A stretch of DNA of 64,000 bases from a bacterium UBP16_UBA6123 (GTDB lineage: Bacteria > Muiribacteriota > UBA9980): positions 87-64,086 of the forward strand of contig DIVV01000128.1 of the NCBI GenBank assembly GCA_002423385.1. Direction: 5' to 3'. The position numbers were made by a program, and so were the translations under genes. The notes beneath the pieces were generated by a model. That model was not told the DNA's origin and made no database searches. It saw only the letters and a list, made by a program, of their open reading frames with translations. Shown piece by piece: positions 1-10,181 of the stretch (positions within the stretch are counted from its first letter, which is position 1; every line of letters begins with the position of its first letter).

Positions 1-825
1 GACTGCATGAACGTTGCTGCGCGCCTTTATTTCATCGTTGATTATGATATTTGCGTCATTACCCGCAGCGCGCTTAACGCGGCCATCGGTGGCCGAACTC
101 AGTGTTACCTTGAGATTGATAACGGCGTGAACGTTATATATTGAGTATTGGCCGTCGGCGCCCTGCTTTCCGGGCGGTTCTATCTTCCGGACGTTTATAA
201 GAACTTCGGTTACGTAAGGTATGATATCGAAAGCGTCGTTATTACCTTCTTTGTACTGGATAGCCGGATAATTCGAATTAACGTTCGCGCCGCGCCATAT
301 TATCTGAACCGGCACTTGCGTTCCGCCCATCTCGGTGAAAGTCGCGACTTCCGACTTTGCCATAAGCTGGCTTTTAATATTGGGCGTACATTTGAAAAAA
401 GAAATAATAGGCCCGTTGGTAGGCACGGTGATGGGCGCATCGCCGGGGCATGATTTATAACGCAGATAATAATTTTCAAGGCCCGTGATACCGCCGTTAT
501 TAAGGTCGCTGCTCGGCTTGATATATGAAAATTTAAGCGGTGCAACTGTGCCGTAAATCATGGTACCGTCTTCAAATATCATCGACGGATAAGTGGATTT
601 TTCGATATTATCGCGGATGCGCTTGAGACCATTGACGAGTTTACGCTGAGCTTCAGCCTTCCAGTAACCTATATTAAACGTTGTAAGAGCGGAATTTTGA
701 AGCTGAAAAACGCCGTAAAAAAGCATGGCAAAAACCGTCACGGCGACGAGCATTTCCAGAGCGGTAAAAGCGCGGCGGCCCGGTTTAAATTTATGTTGAG
801 ACTTAAATGCTGAAAAAAGAATCAT
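1..825 (-). CDS. Pseudopilin / prepilin-type N-terminal cleavage-methylation domain protein (3' end beyond window start)
   Basis: Hand translation from ATG at 825-823 on the minus strand gives MILFSAFKSQHKFKPGRRAFTALEMLVAVTVFAMLF... with no stop codon down to position 1. It has the class III signal (G/A-F-T-L-x-E followed by a hydrophobic helix). The ORF track omits it because it runs off the window. Confidence 0.6.
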   Translation of the reverse strand, partial: MILFSAFKSQHKFKPGRRAFTALEMLVAVTVFAMLFYGVFQLQNSALTTFNIGYWKAEAQRKLVNGLKRIRDNIEKSTYPSMIFEDGTMIYGTVAPLKFSYIKPSSDLNNGGITGLENYYLRYKSCPGDAPITVPTNGPIISFFKCTPNIKSQLMAKSEVATFTEMGGTQVPVQIIWRGANVNSNYPAIQYKEGNNDAFDIIPYVTEVLINVRKIEPPGKQGADGQYSIYNVHAVINLKVTLSSATDGRVKRAAGNDANIIINDEIKARSNVHAV

Positions 826-861
826 AGTTACTACCCCCTTAAAAATAGAGGCGAATTTTAT

Positions 862-1602
862 TTAATCTTTAACGACCATATAGCCAATATCTACCATGGT
901 ACGATAGACTGAGTTACACTGCGATGCTGAAACTCCATTGCCGAAGGCTTTATTCATCATGTAGGTATTGCCGGAATCTTCTGAGCCTTCGGCCACGAAT
1001 TCGACCATATCGGAAATATTATTATTATGCTGTGATATAAGCCTGATTTGCTTAACCATGCAATCGCCTTTAAAAGGATCGTTAGTCGGGTTGGTTGTAT
1101 CGGCAGCATAAAATAAATCGGATTTAGCGGCAACAAGCCGTCCGAGCAACTGCACGTCTCCGACGGGATTCGGATTGGTTATATGAAATCCGACAAAAAA
1201 TTCAAGATAATTTGGCGTTCCGTCAGTCACGGCAGACGGGTCTGAAACGAATCCGGGAATATTAACAAAAACGTTCGGAATAAATTTTTTAATATCTGTC
1301 GGCGACGGTGCCTTAGTTTCGTCAACCCAACCTTTAGACCATCTGACCGCATCGTAAAATTCGGTAGGGAGCGCCCTTATTTTAAGAAGCCCCATTTGAA
1401 CCGCGCCTTTAGCTAAAAATTGCGCGCGCAGCGATTCTTTAACTTTAAATTCAACAAGGCGCACCTCGCGGTTATGCTGAAAAAGAGTGGTCGCGAATAC
1501 CAGCAGAAAAGTGCAGACCGTAAGCGTTACTAATATGGCCATACCGCCGTTCGTTTTATGATCACAAAATTTATATTTAAGCATATAACACCGTCCTGTC
1601 AA
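862..1602 (-). CDS. GspK-like minor pseudopilin / hypothetical secreted protein
   Basis: 246-aa ORF with N-terminal NGGMAILVTLTVCTFLLV hydrophobic segment. The GspK-like leader lacks the Glu+5. It lies between two canonical pseudopilin genes on the same strand. Confidence 0.4.
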   Translation of the reverse strand: MTGRCYMLKYKFCDHKTNGGMAILVTLTVCTFLLVFATTLFQHNREVRLVEFKVKESLRAQFLAKGAVQMGLLKIRALPTEFYDAVRWSKGWVDETKAPSPTDIKKFIPNVFVNIPGFVSDPSAVTDGTPNYLEFFVGFHITNPNPVGDVQLLGRLVAAKSDLFYAADTTNPTNDPFKGDCMVKQIRLISQHNNNISDMVEFVAEGSEDSGNTYMMNKAFGNGVSASQCNSVYRTMVDIGYMVVKD

Positions 1603-1627
1603 GCGTCGTCATTAATGAGACGCTGAG

Positions 1628-2389
1628 TTATTTTTCAAGATTGGCCTTAAATGTAACTAACGAATAATCGTGTTGATACTGTCTCGTAACGCCGGTTCGC
1701 GGAGTGCCCCAGTTAATAAACAGCGTTATTTTCATTAGTTTTCCGTCTAAAAAAACACTACTTATTTTTTTATCAGCGGGAGGCGTTCCATCCGGATCGA
1801 CCGTATCGAACGAAGGAATCTGTCCGATCGTCGTAATAGGCGTATCGATGCCGACATTAAGCAGATACCTGAAAGTTTTATCAATCTGTTGTATTCTAAG
1901 TTTGTATATAATCGGTTCAAATTGCCTGCTCGGTTCGGCGTACTGCCATGTTTTACCAGCGGCGATACCCGGGCCGTTATGCAGCAGTTCCTTATCGAAG
2001 ACCGGCACGTCGCCGTTGGTACTGTCTTTGATATCGAGCAGGTTAACTATCTCAACGGATTTAATATCCAGATCGTTATTCAACCCATTAAGTCTTGCCG
2101 CGGCTATAATATCGCTGTATTTAACGCGTTCGAGCAGGGTATCTAAAATACGGGTGGACTGATGCATCATCGCGCCGTAAGCTTCACTTATATTGGTTTC
2201 TTTGGCGTTATTTGTCATCAGCGCCGTTACGGGAATTATGGCGGCTACCATAATAAGCATGGCCACCATTATTTCTACGAGAGTAAAAGCGCTGCGGGCG
2301 TTAAGATAATTTAAAAATAAACTGATATAATTGCTTGTTTTCAAGGCCCCATTTCCCGCTCTGCGCTTATCGTTTAGCATAGAATTCAT
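1628..2389 (-). CDS. Pseudopilin with prepilin-type N-terminal methylation motif
   Basis: Contains SAFTLVEIMVAMLIMVAAI (G/A-FTLxE plus hydrophobic helix). The true start is probably an internal Met just upstream of this motif. Confidence 0.6.
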   Translation of the reverse strand: MNSMLNDKRRAGNGALKTSNYISLFLNYLNARSAFTLVEIMVAMLIMVAAIIPVTALMTNNAKETNISEAYGAMMHQSTRILDTLLERVKYSDIIAAARLNGLNNDLDIKSVEIVNLLDIKDSTNGDVPVFDKELLHNGPGIAAGKTWQYAEPSRQFEPIIYKLRIQQIDKTFRYLLNVGIDTPITTIGQIPSFDTVDPDGTPPADKKISSVFLDGKLMKITLFINWGTPRTGVTRQYQHDYSLVTFKANLEK

Positions 2390-2487
2390 AATAACTCACC
2401 CCCCTTTTTTAAAACTTCTCCCCTACTCTAAATTATAACATAAAAGTGAATGTGGTGTCAACTTTGGGAACAAGATATATAACAAAC

Positions 2488-2846
2488 AAAAGCGCGCTCA
2501 TAAGCCGGATTCTGTTTATCTGCCATCTATCTGGCTTTTACGTTGCCGTAAAAGTCATAGCGGCCAACCCGGCGCCTTAGCGCGTTAGCGCTGAAAAAAG
2601 GCGGTTTATAGGCGCCTGTTAGGCCTTGCATCGCATGGGGTTTACCGTCAACCGGCGTCGCCGCCGGCCGGGTGAGCTCTTACCTCGCCATTTCAACCTT
2701 ACCGCGTAGCGGCGGTGTAATTTCTGTGGCACTTTCCTTAAACGGTCGCTTGCGCTTCCGCCCACTGGCCGTTAACCAGCATGCTGCCTTTAGATGTCCG
2801 GACTTTCCTCAAAAACATAGTTTTCGCGGCAGATCGGCGCGCTTTT
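2488..2846 (-). ncRNA. rnpB: RNase P RNA (bacterial type A)
   Basis: Minus strand reads 5'-AAGCGCGCC...GAGGAAAGUCCGGAC... (P4 5' strand consensus GGAAAGUCCGG), ...GGUAAGAGCUCACC... (GGUAAGAGCGCACC consensus), ...ACAGAAUCCGGCUUAUGAGCGCGCUU-3' (ACAGAAcCCGGCUUA). The 5' AAGCGCGC pairs with the 3' GCGCGCUU as P1. Length is about 360 nt. The overlapping plus ORF 2672..2920 is spurious. Confidence 0.75.
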
Positions 2847-2871
2847 GTTTGTTTTTATTTTTAATTAATAG

Positions 2872-3837
2872 TTATTCGTCGTATTTTTTTTTGCGGTACT
2901 CTCTTTTTTTCTTTCTGTAGTAACTTTTAACAACGTCTTTTATTACTTCGTAAAGATGGCCGAAGTAAAAACCGCGTTCATAAGTTACGATTCTTTTCAT
3001 ATCGTAGTAACCGCAATGATTGCAGGAGAGAACTTCAATAGTGAGCCCGGGTTTGTCTTTTTCGGGCACTTCGATAGTTTCTTCGTTAATTTTAAGTTTA
3101 TAATAGCATTTAGGACAGCGGATTCTACTGCGCACGCGGATCGCAGCGTAAGCTACCGCCGCAAAAAGTAATATACCGAGATAAAACCATACCGAGAATG
3201 ACCATTTTACCTTAGCGCCGTCTTCGGCGGCTTTTTTCTGCTTAATCATTTCGTCGGTAAATTTTTGCTTGGCGTACTCATCGGTGATTTTTTGTGAAAT
3301 AGCGCGGGCGCCTTCTAAAATAGCGCGGCCTATATATTCATTCGCGCCGTCGCGCGACTTTCCACCCGCGACAAGGTCTGCCGCGGCTTTATTGGCTTCG
3401 TTAAGTATTGGAATTATATTTTCGTTTAATATTTTTTCGCCGTAAGCGAGCGGAAACATAAATTGAATGCGGGGCATTACTTCGAGATTAACGGTGCCTC
3501 TATCGAGATTTATAAGCATGATAATAGCGCCGTCTATATCAGGACGCAAATCGCCGTAATTTTTTAAAAGCCGCGAAGCGTAAATGCCCGTATCATAAGG
3601 CCTGGTATTTTGAAGCATTACTACGATCAAATCGATCCTGGTTTTCTGGGATAAATTCTGACATATATTATTTATGCTGGTAATAAAATCCGCTTCAAGT
3701 TTTTGAGTATGATCGTTTACAAAGCCATTAATATTTACAAGGCCGGTGTCATAAGTAATCACATAATACACATAACCGCCGAGCGCTATAATTAAAGCTG
3801 CCGTCAGGGCCAGAAGATATTTATATAACTTTTGCAT
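2872..3837 (-). CDS. TPM-domain (TLP18.3/Psb32/MOLO-1-like) membrane protein with C-terminal double CxxC zinc ribbon
   Basis: Signal/TM, TPM-like core (NGFVNDHTQKLEADF...IDGAIIMLINLDRGTVNLEVMP...ILEGARAI), a TM segment, then CPKC...CNHC. Confidence 0.5.
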   Translation of the reverse strand: MQKLYKYLLALTAALIIALGGYVYYVITYDTGLVNINGFVNDHTQKLEADFITSINNICQNLSQKTRIDLIVVMLQNTRPYDTGIYASRLLKNYGDLRPDIDGAIIMLINLDRGTVNLEVMPRIQFMFPLAYGEKILNENIIPILNEANKAAADLVAGGKSRDGANEYIGRAILEGARAISQKITDEYAKQKFTDEMIKQKKAAEDGAKVKWSFSVWFYLGILLFAAVAYAAIRVRSRIRCPKCYYKLKINEETIEVPEKDKPGLTIEVLSCNHCGYYDMKRIVTYERGFYFGHLYEVIKDVVKSYYRKKKREYRKKKYDE

Positions 3838-3846
3838 TTCACATCT

Positions 3847-4545
3847 CTATTCTAAGAAAATAATTCGCTGACAGTTAGGACAGCAGACCATAGCGGTTTT
3901 AAATTTAATCTGGCTGAGGGTATTATCGGATATTGAAAGATGGCACCCCGAGCATATTTTTTTAGAAACAACCGCGACGGCAACTCCATTTTTTGAAATC
4001 ATTAATTTATCGTAAATTTCAACTGCGGCAGCGGGAATCCCCGATACGAATTCACGGCGGTGAGCGCTTAATTTATCGAGTTCTTCTTTGTGGGCGGCCA
4101 TTTTTTCGTTGATTAATAACATTTCTTCGCTAAATTCGGCTTTTTTTAATTCGAGCTCGGCTTTTAATTTTTTTATCCTGGCGGATAATTTTTCCTGCTT
4201 TTCCATCGAAGCGATTATTTTTTCTTCGAGCGCGCCCTTATCGGCGTTTAATTTTTCCAGTTCGGAATTGTACTTGCCAAGTTCTTTTTCAGTTTTAATA
4301 AGTAAAAATCTGTCATTTATTTTTTTTATCTGCGTTTCGATAAATTCGACTTCTTTTTCTAATTTAGCCGTTTCAATTGAATTAGCCTTCGCTTTATTTT
4401 CATAAGATTCGATATCCGATTCAATTTTTTTTACTTCGGCCGTCATCAGATTTTTCTGCCCCGATAGCGAATCCATTTCACAAACGGCGGTTTTAATCGC
4501 TATATCATATTTCTGCAAGTTGTACAATAATTCGTTATTTTCCAA
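3847..4545 (-). CDS. COG1579-type coiled-coil protein with C-terminal C4 zinc ribbon
   Basis: Long coiled coil ending CSGCHLSIS...CCPNC. Sits immediately downstream of a Nif3-family gene, which is the conserved yqfO neighbourhood. Confidence 0.6.
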   Translation of the reverse strand: MENNELLYNLQKYDIAIKTAVCEMDSLSGQKNLMTAEVKKIESDIESYENKAKANSIETAKLEKEVEFIETQIKKINDRFLLIKTEKELGKYNSELEKLNADKGALEEKIIASMEKQEKLSARIKKLKAELELKKAEFSEEMLLINEKMAAHKEELDKLSAHRREFVSGIPAAAVEIYDKLMISKNGVAVAVVSKKICSGCHLSISDNTLSQIKFKTAMVCCPNCQRIIFLE

Positions 4546-4547
4546 TT

Positions 4548-5672
4548 TTAAACAATCTCCATCGGATTTTTCTGAATTTTTTCATTATATTTATAGCTAA
4601 GACTGCACTTTTCTTCAGTTTCGATTTCGACGATAAGTTTTGAAAGGCACTCACCGAAGTTGATCTCGGTGGCAAAATGCGAGCAGTCGATAGTATAAAG
4701 CCCGCTGGCTTTTAATTCTAACGCCCTGTGGTAGGTTATATCGCCGCTTATAAAAAGATCGCATTTTTTTTCGAGCGCGGCTTTATAAAAATCAAAGCCA
4801 GAACCATTTACCATGGCTACTTTTTTAATATATTCAGGCCGGCCGCCAGCCGCGGTAAATATAGGTTCGCCCGCCGAAGACATAATTTTTTTTAGTTTTT
4901 CAATAATTTTTTCAGCCGGCGCTTTTTCCGCCAATTCGCCATAAACACCATAACCATATGTTTTGCAGGTATTTTTAAGTTGAAATATATCGTAAGCCGG
5001 TTCCTCGTAAGGGTGGTTTTTAATAAGAGCGCCGCTCACATCATTTAAAAGGCACTCATTAAATACCATTTCAAGTTTAATTTCTTTAGTTCTTTCAAGT
5101 ATAAACGGTTTTCCGACCGCCGGATTCGAGGCCGCGCCGCCCATGAACTCGCCGGCGCCTTCCGTCATGTAAGCGCACTGGCTGTAATTGCCTATAACAC
5201 CGGCCCCCGCGTCGCACAGAGCCTTTTTCAGAGCGGCGCAGCTTTCGGGCGGAACAAAAACAGCTATTTTATAAAGATATTCATAATCGGTAACACTCAG
5301 CGGTTTCACATTTTGTAAACCTAATTTTTCGGCTATGTTATAAGACTGATTATAAATGGATTTATCGAAATTGGTATGTAAAACGATAAGATTGACGCCG
5401 TTTTGAATAAGTTTAATGAGAAGCGAGCCCGTATAATCGTCGGCGCGAAGGTTTTTTAACTGATTGAAAATAAGCGGATGATGGGCAATAATTACATTGC
5501 ATTTATTTTTGAGCGCATAATCGATCGTTTCGCCGCAAATATCGAGCGCGGAGGTTATGCCGGTCACTTCCCCGGAAATATCTCCGGCGATAAAACCGAC
5601 GTTATCCCACTTTTCACAATGCCTGAATGGGACTTTTTTATTAAGCAATGAAACTAATCGAGATATTTTCAT
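4548..5672 (-). CDS. Nif3-family dinuclear metal-centre protein (YqfO/GTP cyclohydrolase 1 type 2 homologue)
   Basis: NVIIAHHPLIF motif, about 370 aa with inserted PII-like domain, paired with COG1579 gene. Confidence 0.8.
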   Translation of the reverse strand: MKISRLVSLLNKKVPFRHCEKWDNVGFIAGDISGEVTGITSALDICGETIDYALKNKCNVIIAHHPLIFNQLKNLRADDYTGSLLIKLIQNGVNLIVLHTNFDKSIYNQSYNIAEKLGLQNVKPLSVTDYEYLYKIAVFVPPESCAALKKALCDAGAGVIGNYSQCAYMTEGAGEFMGGAASNPAVGKPFILERTKEIKLEMVFNECLLNDVSGALIKNHPYEEPAYDIFQLKNTCKTYGYGVYGELAEKAPAEKIIEKLKKIMSSAGEPIFTAAGGRPEYIKKVAMVNGSGFDFYKAALEKKCDLFISGDITYHRALELKASGLYTIDCSHFATEINFGECLSKLIVEIETEEKCSLSYKYNEKIQKNPMEIV

Positions 5673-5674
5673 TG

Positions 5675-6052
5675 TTAAACGGTCTCGTTCGACTTTATGG
5701 AAAGCACTTCTCTAATTTTATCAGAAAGCTTGTCGTAATCGATAGGTTTAGTTACGTAGCCCGAAATGCCAAGGTTCATCATCTGGATTACCTGGCATAT
5801 ATAGCCGTAGGCCGTTATGACTATTACGGGAAGCTCTTTATTATACTCGCGTAATTTTTTCAAAGTGCCGTAACCGTCGAGTTTGGGCATACGCATGTCG
5901 AGAAGCATTATATCGGGTTTTTCGGATTCGACAAGTTTCAGGCCTTCTTCGCCGTCGGCGGCGCAGACGACCGAAAACCCCTTATCTTTAAAAAAGTCAA
6001 TGAAAATAACCCTTAAATCTTCTTCATCTTCGCATATTAAGATTTTTTCCAA
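5675..6052 (-). CDS. Single-domain response regulator (CheY-like receiver)
   Basis: ILICEDEEDLR...DIMLLDMRMPKLDG...VIVITA receiver signature, 125 aa. Confidence 0.75.
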   Translation of the reverse strand: MEKILICEDEEDLRVIFIDFFKDKGFSVVCAADGEEGLKLVESEKPDIMLLDMRMPKLDGYGTLKKLREYNKELPVIVITAYGYICQVIQMMNLGISGYVTKPIDYDKLSDKIREVLSIKSNETV

Positions 6053-6081
6053 GACAGTGCTCCTTAATAGTATGTTAATAA

Positions 6082-6933
6082 TTACTTACCGCACGGCTGC
6101 AAGGCCGCTTCGAATTCGGCAAAAGCCTCATCTATGGCTTTTCCAACGAAATCGACGGGAACGGCGGAGTTATTTTCCGCCCCACAACTTATCATATCAT
6201 TTTTTTTTAAAAAAATCAAGTATTCTATGTTACGCGCACCTTTTAATTTTGGAGATCCGGTCAATCCATGTGGAAAAAACCCCAGCCGGCCGAAGTTTTC
6301 AATGAAATTTAATATAATTCTTCGATGAATTTTTTTATCAAGGACCACTCCGCCTTTTTTAACTTCCGGCGCCTCCGCTTCAAACTGCGGCTTAATTAAT
6401 ATAACCGCTTCGCTTTTATCATGGCTGAATTCGACAAACTTATCGATAAATTTTAAAACCGAAATAAAAGAAACGTCGCAGACTATCATATCCGCTTTGT
6501 CGATTCCGGCGGCACTCAAAGAAAAATCTTTAATATGGCTCTGCTCGAAAGCCGTCACTCTATCATCATTTTTTATCTTAGGATGAAGCACGCCGGTTCC
6601 CACGTCAATACAAACCACTCTTTCAGCGCCGCATTTCAGCATCAGTTGCGTAAAGCCGCCAGTTGACGCGCCGATATCCACGCATATTTTTCCGGCAAAA
6701 TCGAGGCCGAATCGTTGCCTGGCGCGCAGCAACTTGTATGCGCCCCGGCCTACGAATTCATCGTCGGGATTTTTAAAATCTATTACGGAATCGGAATCGA
6801 CCTTTTCGCCGGGTTTTTTAATGATTTTTCCGCCGATTGAAACGCGGCCCTCAAAAATATAAGCCATGGCGCGCGTCCTGGATTCACATATATTGCGTTT
6901 TGCGAGCAGTAAATCTATTCTTTCTTTTGACAT
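6082..6933 (-). CDS. tlyA: TlyA-family rRNA 2'-O-methyltransferase (S4 + FtsJ-like) with C-terminal extension
   Basis: N-terminal S4-like segment, VGRGAYKL, VDIGASTGGFTQ SAM motif; 283 aa. Confidence 0.7.
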   Translation of the reverse strand: MSKERIDLLLAKRNICESRTRAMAYIFEGRVSIGGKIIKKPGEKVDSDSVIDFKNPDDEFVGRGAYKLLRARQRFGLDFAGKICVDIGASTGGFTQLMLKCGAERVVCIDVGTGVLHPKIKNDDRVTAFEQSHIKDFSLSAAGIDKADMIVCDVSFISVLKFIDKFVEFSHDKSEAVILIKPQFEAEAPEVKKGGVVLDKKIHRRIILNFIENFGRLGFFPHGLTGSPKLKGARNIEYLIFLKKNDMISCGAENNSAVPVDFVGKAIDEAFAEFEAALQPCGK

Positions 6934-8849
6934 TTTTCACCGGGCTTTAAAATACTTAATACGGCTTCGGTTATCGCCGCCGCATCGATTTTGATTATAC
7001 CTCTGAGTTTAGAGTTGGGCCCGTGTTCGACGAAACGATCGGGCAGGCCTAGAAGTTTTACTTTTTTCGAGTTATATCCAGCCTCATAAAGGCGGGCGGT
7101 TATTTCTTCTCCTACACCGCCTTTCAAGGAATTTTCCTCGATGCATACGATATGCTCGAATCTTTCGCCGATTTCGATAATTAATTCATTGCTTATCGGC
7201 TTGGCGAAACGTATATCTATGATTTCACACGAAATGGAATATTTTTCACTTAATTCGCAGTGCGCTATTTTACATTCGCCCAGAGCGGTGCCGCAGGAAA
7301 CCAGAAGCGCATCGCCGCCGCGCGCGGCTATATTATATTGGCCTGGTTTTAAGGTTTCGTATTCATAACAGCAGTCTTCCGACAGCGATTTTTGCGGATT
7401 GAAGTTTTCGGCCTTTCCCTTCGGATACCTTATAACCACGGGGCATTTATAGTTATATGCCGCGTTATAAACCGCGTTTTTAAGTTCATGCGCGTCGGAT
7501 GGCGCCATTATTATGACGTTAGGGACCATCTTAAACATCGAAATATCGAAGGCGCCGTGATGCGTAGGCCCGTCTTCGCCGACGAGGCCGGCCCTGTCTA
7601 AACAGAGCACTACATGAAGGTTTTGAAGCGCGATATCGTGTATGAACTGATCCAGGGCGCGCTGCGAAAAGGTGGAATAAAGCGCCACGAAAGGGATCTG
7701 ACAGGTCAGCGAGAGGCCGGCCGCAAAGGTTAGCGCGTGCTGCTCGCATATTCCCACATCGAAAAAACGCGTCTTATATTTAAGGGCGAACCCGGATAAC
7801 CCCGTGCCATCGCACATCGCGGCGGTTATACATACGATTTTATTTTCTTTCGACGCTAAATCCATAATCGTATCGCCGAATATATCGGTATAAGTTTTAT
7901 TTTCACAGACGGCCTTCGACGGCGCGGCGGTTTCGAGGCAAAACAATCCGCCGCTGTGGTACTTTTCGGGGGCCGCTTCGGCGGGCGAATATCCTTTTCC
8001 TTTTTTGGTTATGGCATGAATTATAACAGGCCCGTCGAAATCTTTAGCATTTTCGATAGTAGTCACTATCTGTTCGACGTTATGTCCGTCGATCGGCCCT
8101 AAATACTTAAGTCCGAGCTCTTCAAAAATCATTCCGGGCACCACGAGATATTTCAAAGAGGACTTAACGCGCTCGACAAATTTTGCCACATTGCTTCCAA
8201 AAACCGGTATCATCTTTAAAAGCGCCTCAATATCCTCTTTAACCTTGTTATACACCCAGCCCACTCTTATTTTTTCAAGATAAACGGCCAGGGCGCCCAC
8301 ATTCGGCGAAATAGCCATTTCGTTATCGTTAAGTATTATCATGAGTTTGCTTTTAGTATGGCCGAGGTGATTGAGCGCCTCGAAGGCCATACCGGTAGAA
8401 AGCGAAGCGTCGCCAATAATCGCGCCTACGTAATAATTATCGCCATTAAGATCGCGACCCGCGGCATAACCGGCCGCCGCTGATATCGAAGTGGACGAAT
8501 GACCGGTGCCGAATGCGTCGTAAACGGATTCATTCAGTTTCGGAAATCCAGACAGGCCGCCATACTGCCTGAGCGTTTCAATTTTATTAAGGCGGCCGCT
8601 CAATATTTTATGCGCGTAGCACTGATGGCCGACGTCAAAAACAAAGCGATCGCGGCTTAAATCAAAAACGCGGTGAAGCGCGACGCTCAATTCGACCGCG
8701 CCGAGATTCGAAGCTAAGTGGCCGCCGTTTTTAGAGACTACTTCCACCATTATATTTCTTATTTCACTGCAAAGCCTGTCAATTTCCGGATATGACAATT
8801 TTTTTAAATCGGCCGGCACGCTTATTTTTTCTAAGATACTCATAAACAA
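6915..8849 (-). CDS. dxs: 1-deoxy-D-xylulose-5-phosphate synthase
   Basis: GGHLASNLGAVEL, FDVGHQCYAHKILSGR, TPP-binding and transketolase-like domains; 644 aa. Confidence 0.9.
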   Translation of the reverse strand: MFMSILEKISVPADLKKLSYPEIDRLCSEIRNIMVEVVSKNGGHLASNLGAVELSVALHRVFDLSRDRFVFDVGHQCYAHKILSGRLNKIETLRQYGGLSGFPKLNESVYDAFGTGHSSTSISAAAGYAAGRDLNGDNYYVGAIIGDASLSTGMAFEALNHLGHTKSKLMIILNDNEMAISPNVGALAVYLEKIRVGWVYNKVKEDIEALLKMIPVFGSNVAKFVERVKSSLKYLVVPGMIFEELGLKYLGPIDGHNVEQIVTTIENAKDFDGPVIIHAITKKGKGYSPAEAAPEKYHSGGLFCLETAAPSKAVCENKTYTDIFGDTIMDLASKENKIVCITAAMCDGTGLSGFALKYKTRFFDVGICEQHALTFAAGLSLTCQIPFVALYSTFSQRALDQFIHDIALQNLHVVLCLDRAGLVGEDGPTHHGAFDISMFKMVPNVIIMAPSDAHELKNAVYNAAYNYKCPVVIRYPKGKAENFNPQKSLSEDCCYEYETLKPGQYNIAARGGDALLVSCGTALGECKIAHCELSEKYSISCEIIDIRFAKPISNELIIEIGERFEHIVCIEENSLKGGVGEEITARLYEAGYNSKKVKLLGLPDRFVEHGPNSKLRGIIKIDAAAITEAVLSILKPGEKCQKKE

Positions 8850-8871
8850 TCACATTCTTTTCATACTTAAC

Positions 8872-9795
8872 TTAATTCGAGCGTGTAGCTATATAAGAAG
8901 TTAATTTCTTCAATAAATTCGCTCTATCGCCAAAAGGCTCGAGCAATAGAAGAGTTTTCTGCTGAAATTCATCTATTTTCCGGCGCGCCGTTTCAGGTCC
9001 GAACAGCGACAAAAAAGTCAGTTTATTTTTGGCGCCGTCTTTGCCGGGGGTTTTACCGAGTTCTTCCCTGGTGGCCGTATGATCGAGAAGGTCGTCGGAC
9101 ATCTGGAATAGAAGTCCGAGCGCGACGCCGAAATCTTCGATTAAATTTACGTCTTTGATGCTCGCTTTCGCCACGAAAGCACCCGCTTTGGCCGCCGCGG
9201 CTATTAATGCGGCCGTTTTTCTTTTATGTATTTCAAAAAGAATAAGTTCGCTTATATTTTTTTCGCGCCCGGCAATTTCTTCCGTCATTATATCCATAAC
9301 CTGGCCGCCGATCATCGAAAGATTTCCGGCCGCGCCGGCGGCGGTTTCAATTATCAAATTGGCCACGTCCGCTTTAATCGAAGTGGTTTTAGGCACTCTT
9401 GAAAGTATTTCAAAAGCCTTCGTCAAAAGCGCGTCGCCGGCGAGAATCGCGACAGCCTCGCCATAAACCTTATGATTGGTGAGCTTGCCGCGGCGGTAAT
9501 CGTCGTTATCCATCGCAGGCAAATCATCGTGTACTAACGAATAGGTATGTATCAATTCAAAAGCGGAAGCTACCGGCAGGGCGTCTTCTAAATTGCCCGA
9601 AAACAATTTACAGCAAAGCAAAGTAATTATAGGCCTGATACGCTTGCCGCCGGCGAAAACTGAGTAGCGCATCGCCTCGTGAAGTTTATTCGGCATGACG
9701 TTTTCAGGCGGAAGAAGCTGATCGAGGCTTGCCTCAACCGCTTTTTTATAATCCTTAAGAACTTCGCTTAAATTCTGGTTATGATCGATATACAT
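8872..9795 (-). CDS. ispA: Polyprenyl (farnesyl/geranylgeranyl) diphosphate synthase
   Basis: Two DDxxD motifs (LVHDDLPAMDNDDYRRGK and FQMSDDLLD); classic dxs-ispA-xseB-xseA arrangement. Confidence 0.85.
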   Translation of the reverse strand: MYIDHNQNLSEVLKDYKKAVEASLDQLLPPENVMPNKLHEAMRYSVFAGGKRIRPIITLLCCKLFSGNLEDALPVASAFELIHTYSLVHDDLPAMDNDDYRRGKLTNHKVYGEAVAILAGDALLTKAFEILSRVPKTTSIKADVANLIIETAAGAAGNLSMIGGQVMDIMTEEIAGREKNISELILFEIHKRKTAALIAAAAKAGAFVAKASIKDVNLIEDFGVALGLLFQMSDDLLDHTATREELGKTPGKDGAKNKLTFLSLFGPETARRKIDEFQQKTLLLLEPFGDRANLLKKLTSYIATRSN

Positions 9796-9861
9796 GGTTT
9801 CAGTCCTCTTCTAAAATTAATTTTTTTTAACGAGATATCGCCGCGTCAACGCCCGAAGGCA

Positions 9862-10158
9862 TCAGTCGCGCGGCCCTTCGATTTCGTCGCGTTTATACGG
9901 CGCGGGCGCGCACTCGCCCGTCGCGTTATTTTTAACTAATATCTCTATCTTTTTTTCAAGCGCGTCGAGTTTTTCCTTACAAAAATTATAATATTTGACG
10001 CCGGTTTCGTAGTTATTAATGGATTCTTCCAGCGAAAGCTCTTCATTTTCGAGCGATTCAAGTATATCTTCAAGTTTTTCAAGCCCCTGCTCGAATTTAA
10101 GCCCTTCAAATTCCTGGTTCGCCATGGCTGGTTTAGCCGCTTCTTTTTTCTGAGCCAT
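9862..10158 (-). CDS. xseB: Exodeoxyribonuclease VII small subunit
   Basis: FEQGLEKLEDILESLENEELSLEESINNYETG; start placed at internal Met (MAQKKE) to avoid overlap with xseA. Confidence 0.75.
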   Translation of the reverse strand: MAQKKEAAKPAMANQEFEGLKFEQGLEKLEDILESLENEELSLEESINNYETGVKYYNFCKEKLDALEKKIEILVKNNATGECAPAPYKRDEIEGPRD

Positions 10159-10181
10159 AAATATCACACCTTTTATAAATT

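Noticed and set aside
148-545. ORFs 148..453 (+) and 300..545 (-) from the six-frame track
   Set aside because: Both lie inside, or antisense to, the truncated pseudopilin gene 1..825 (-). That gene reads through without stops and has a canonical prepilin leader, so the small ORFs are frame artefacts.
2672-2920. 82-aa plus-strand ORF
   Set aside because: It overlaps the RNase P RNA and has GC-rich, structured-RNA-like composition with no protein features.
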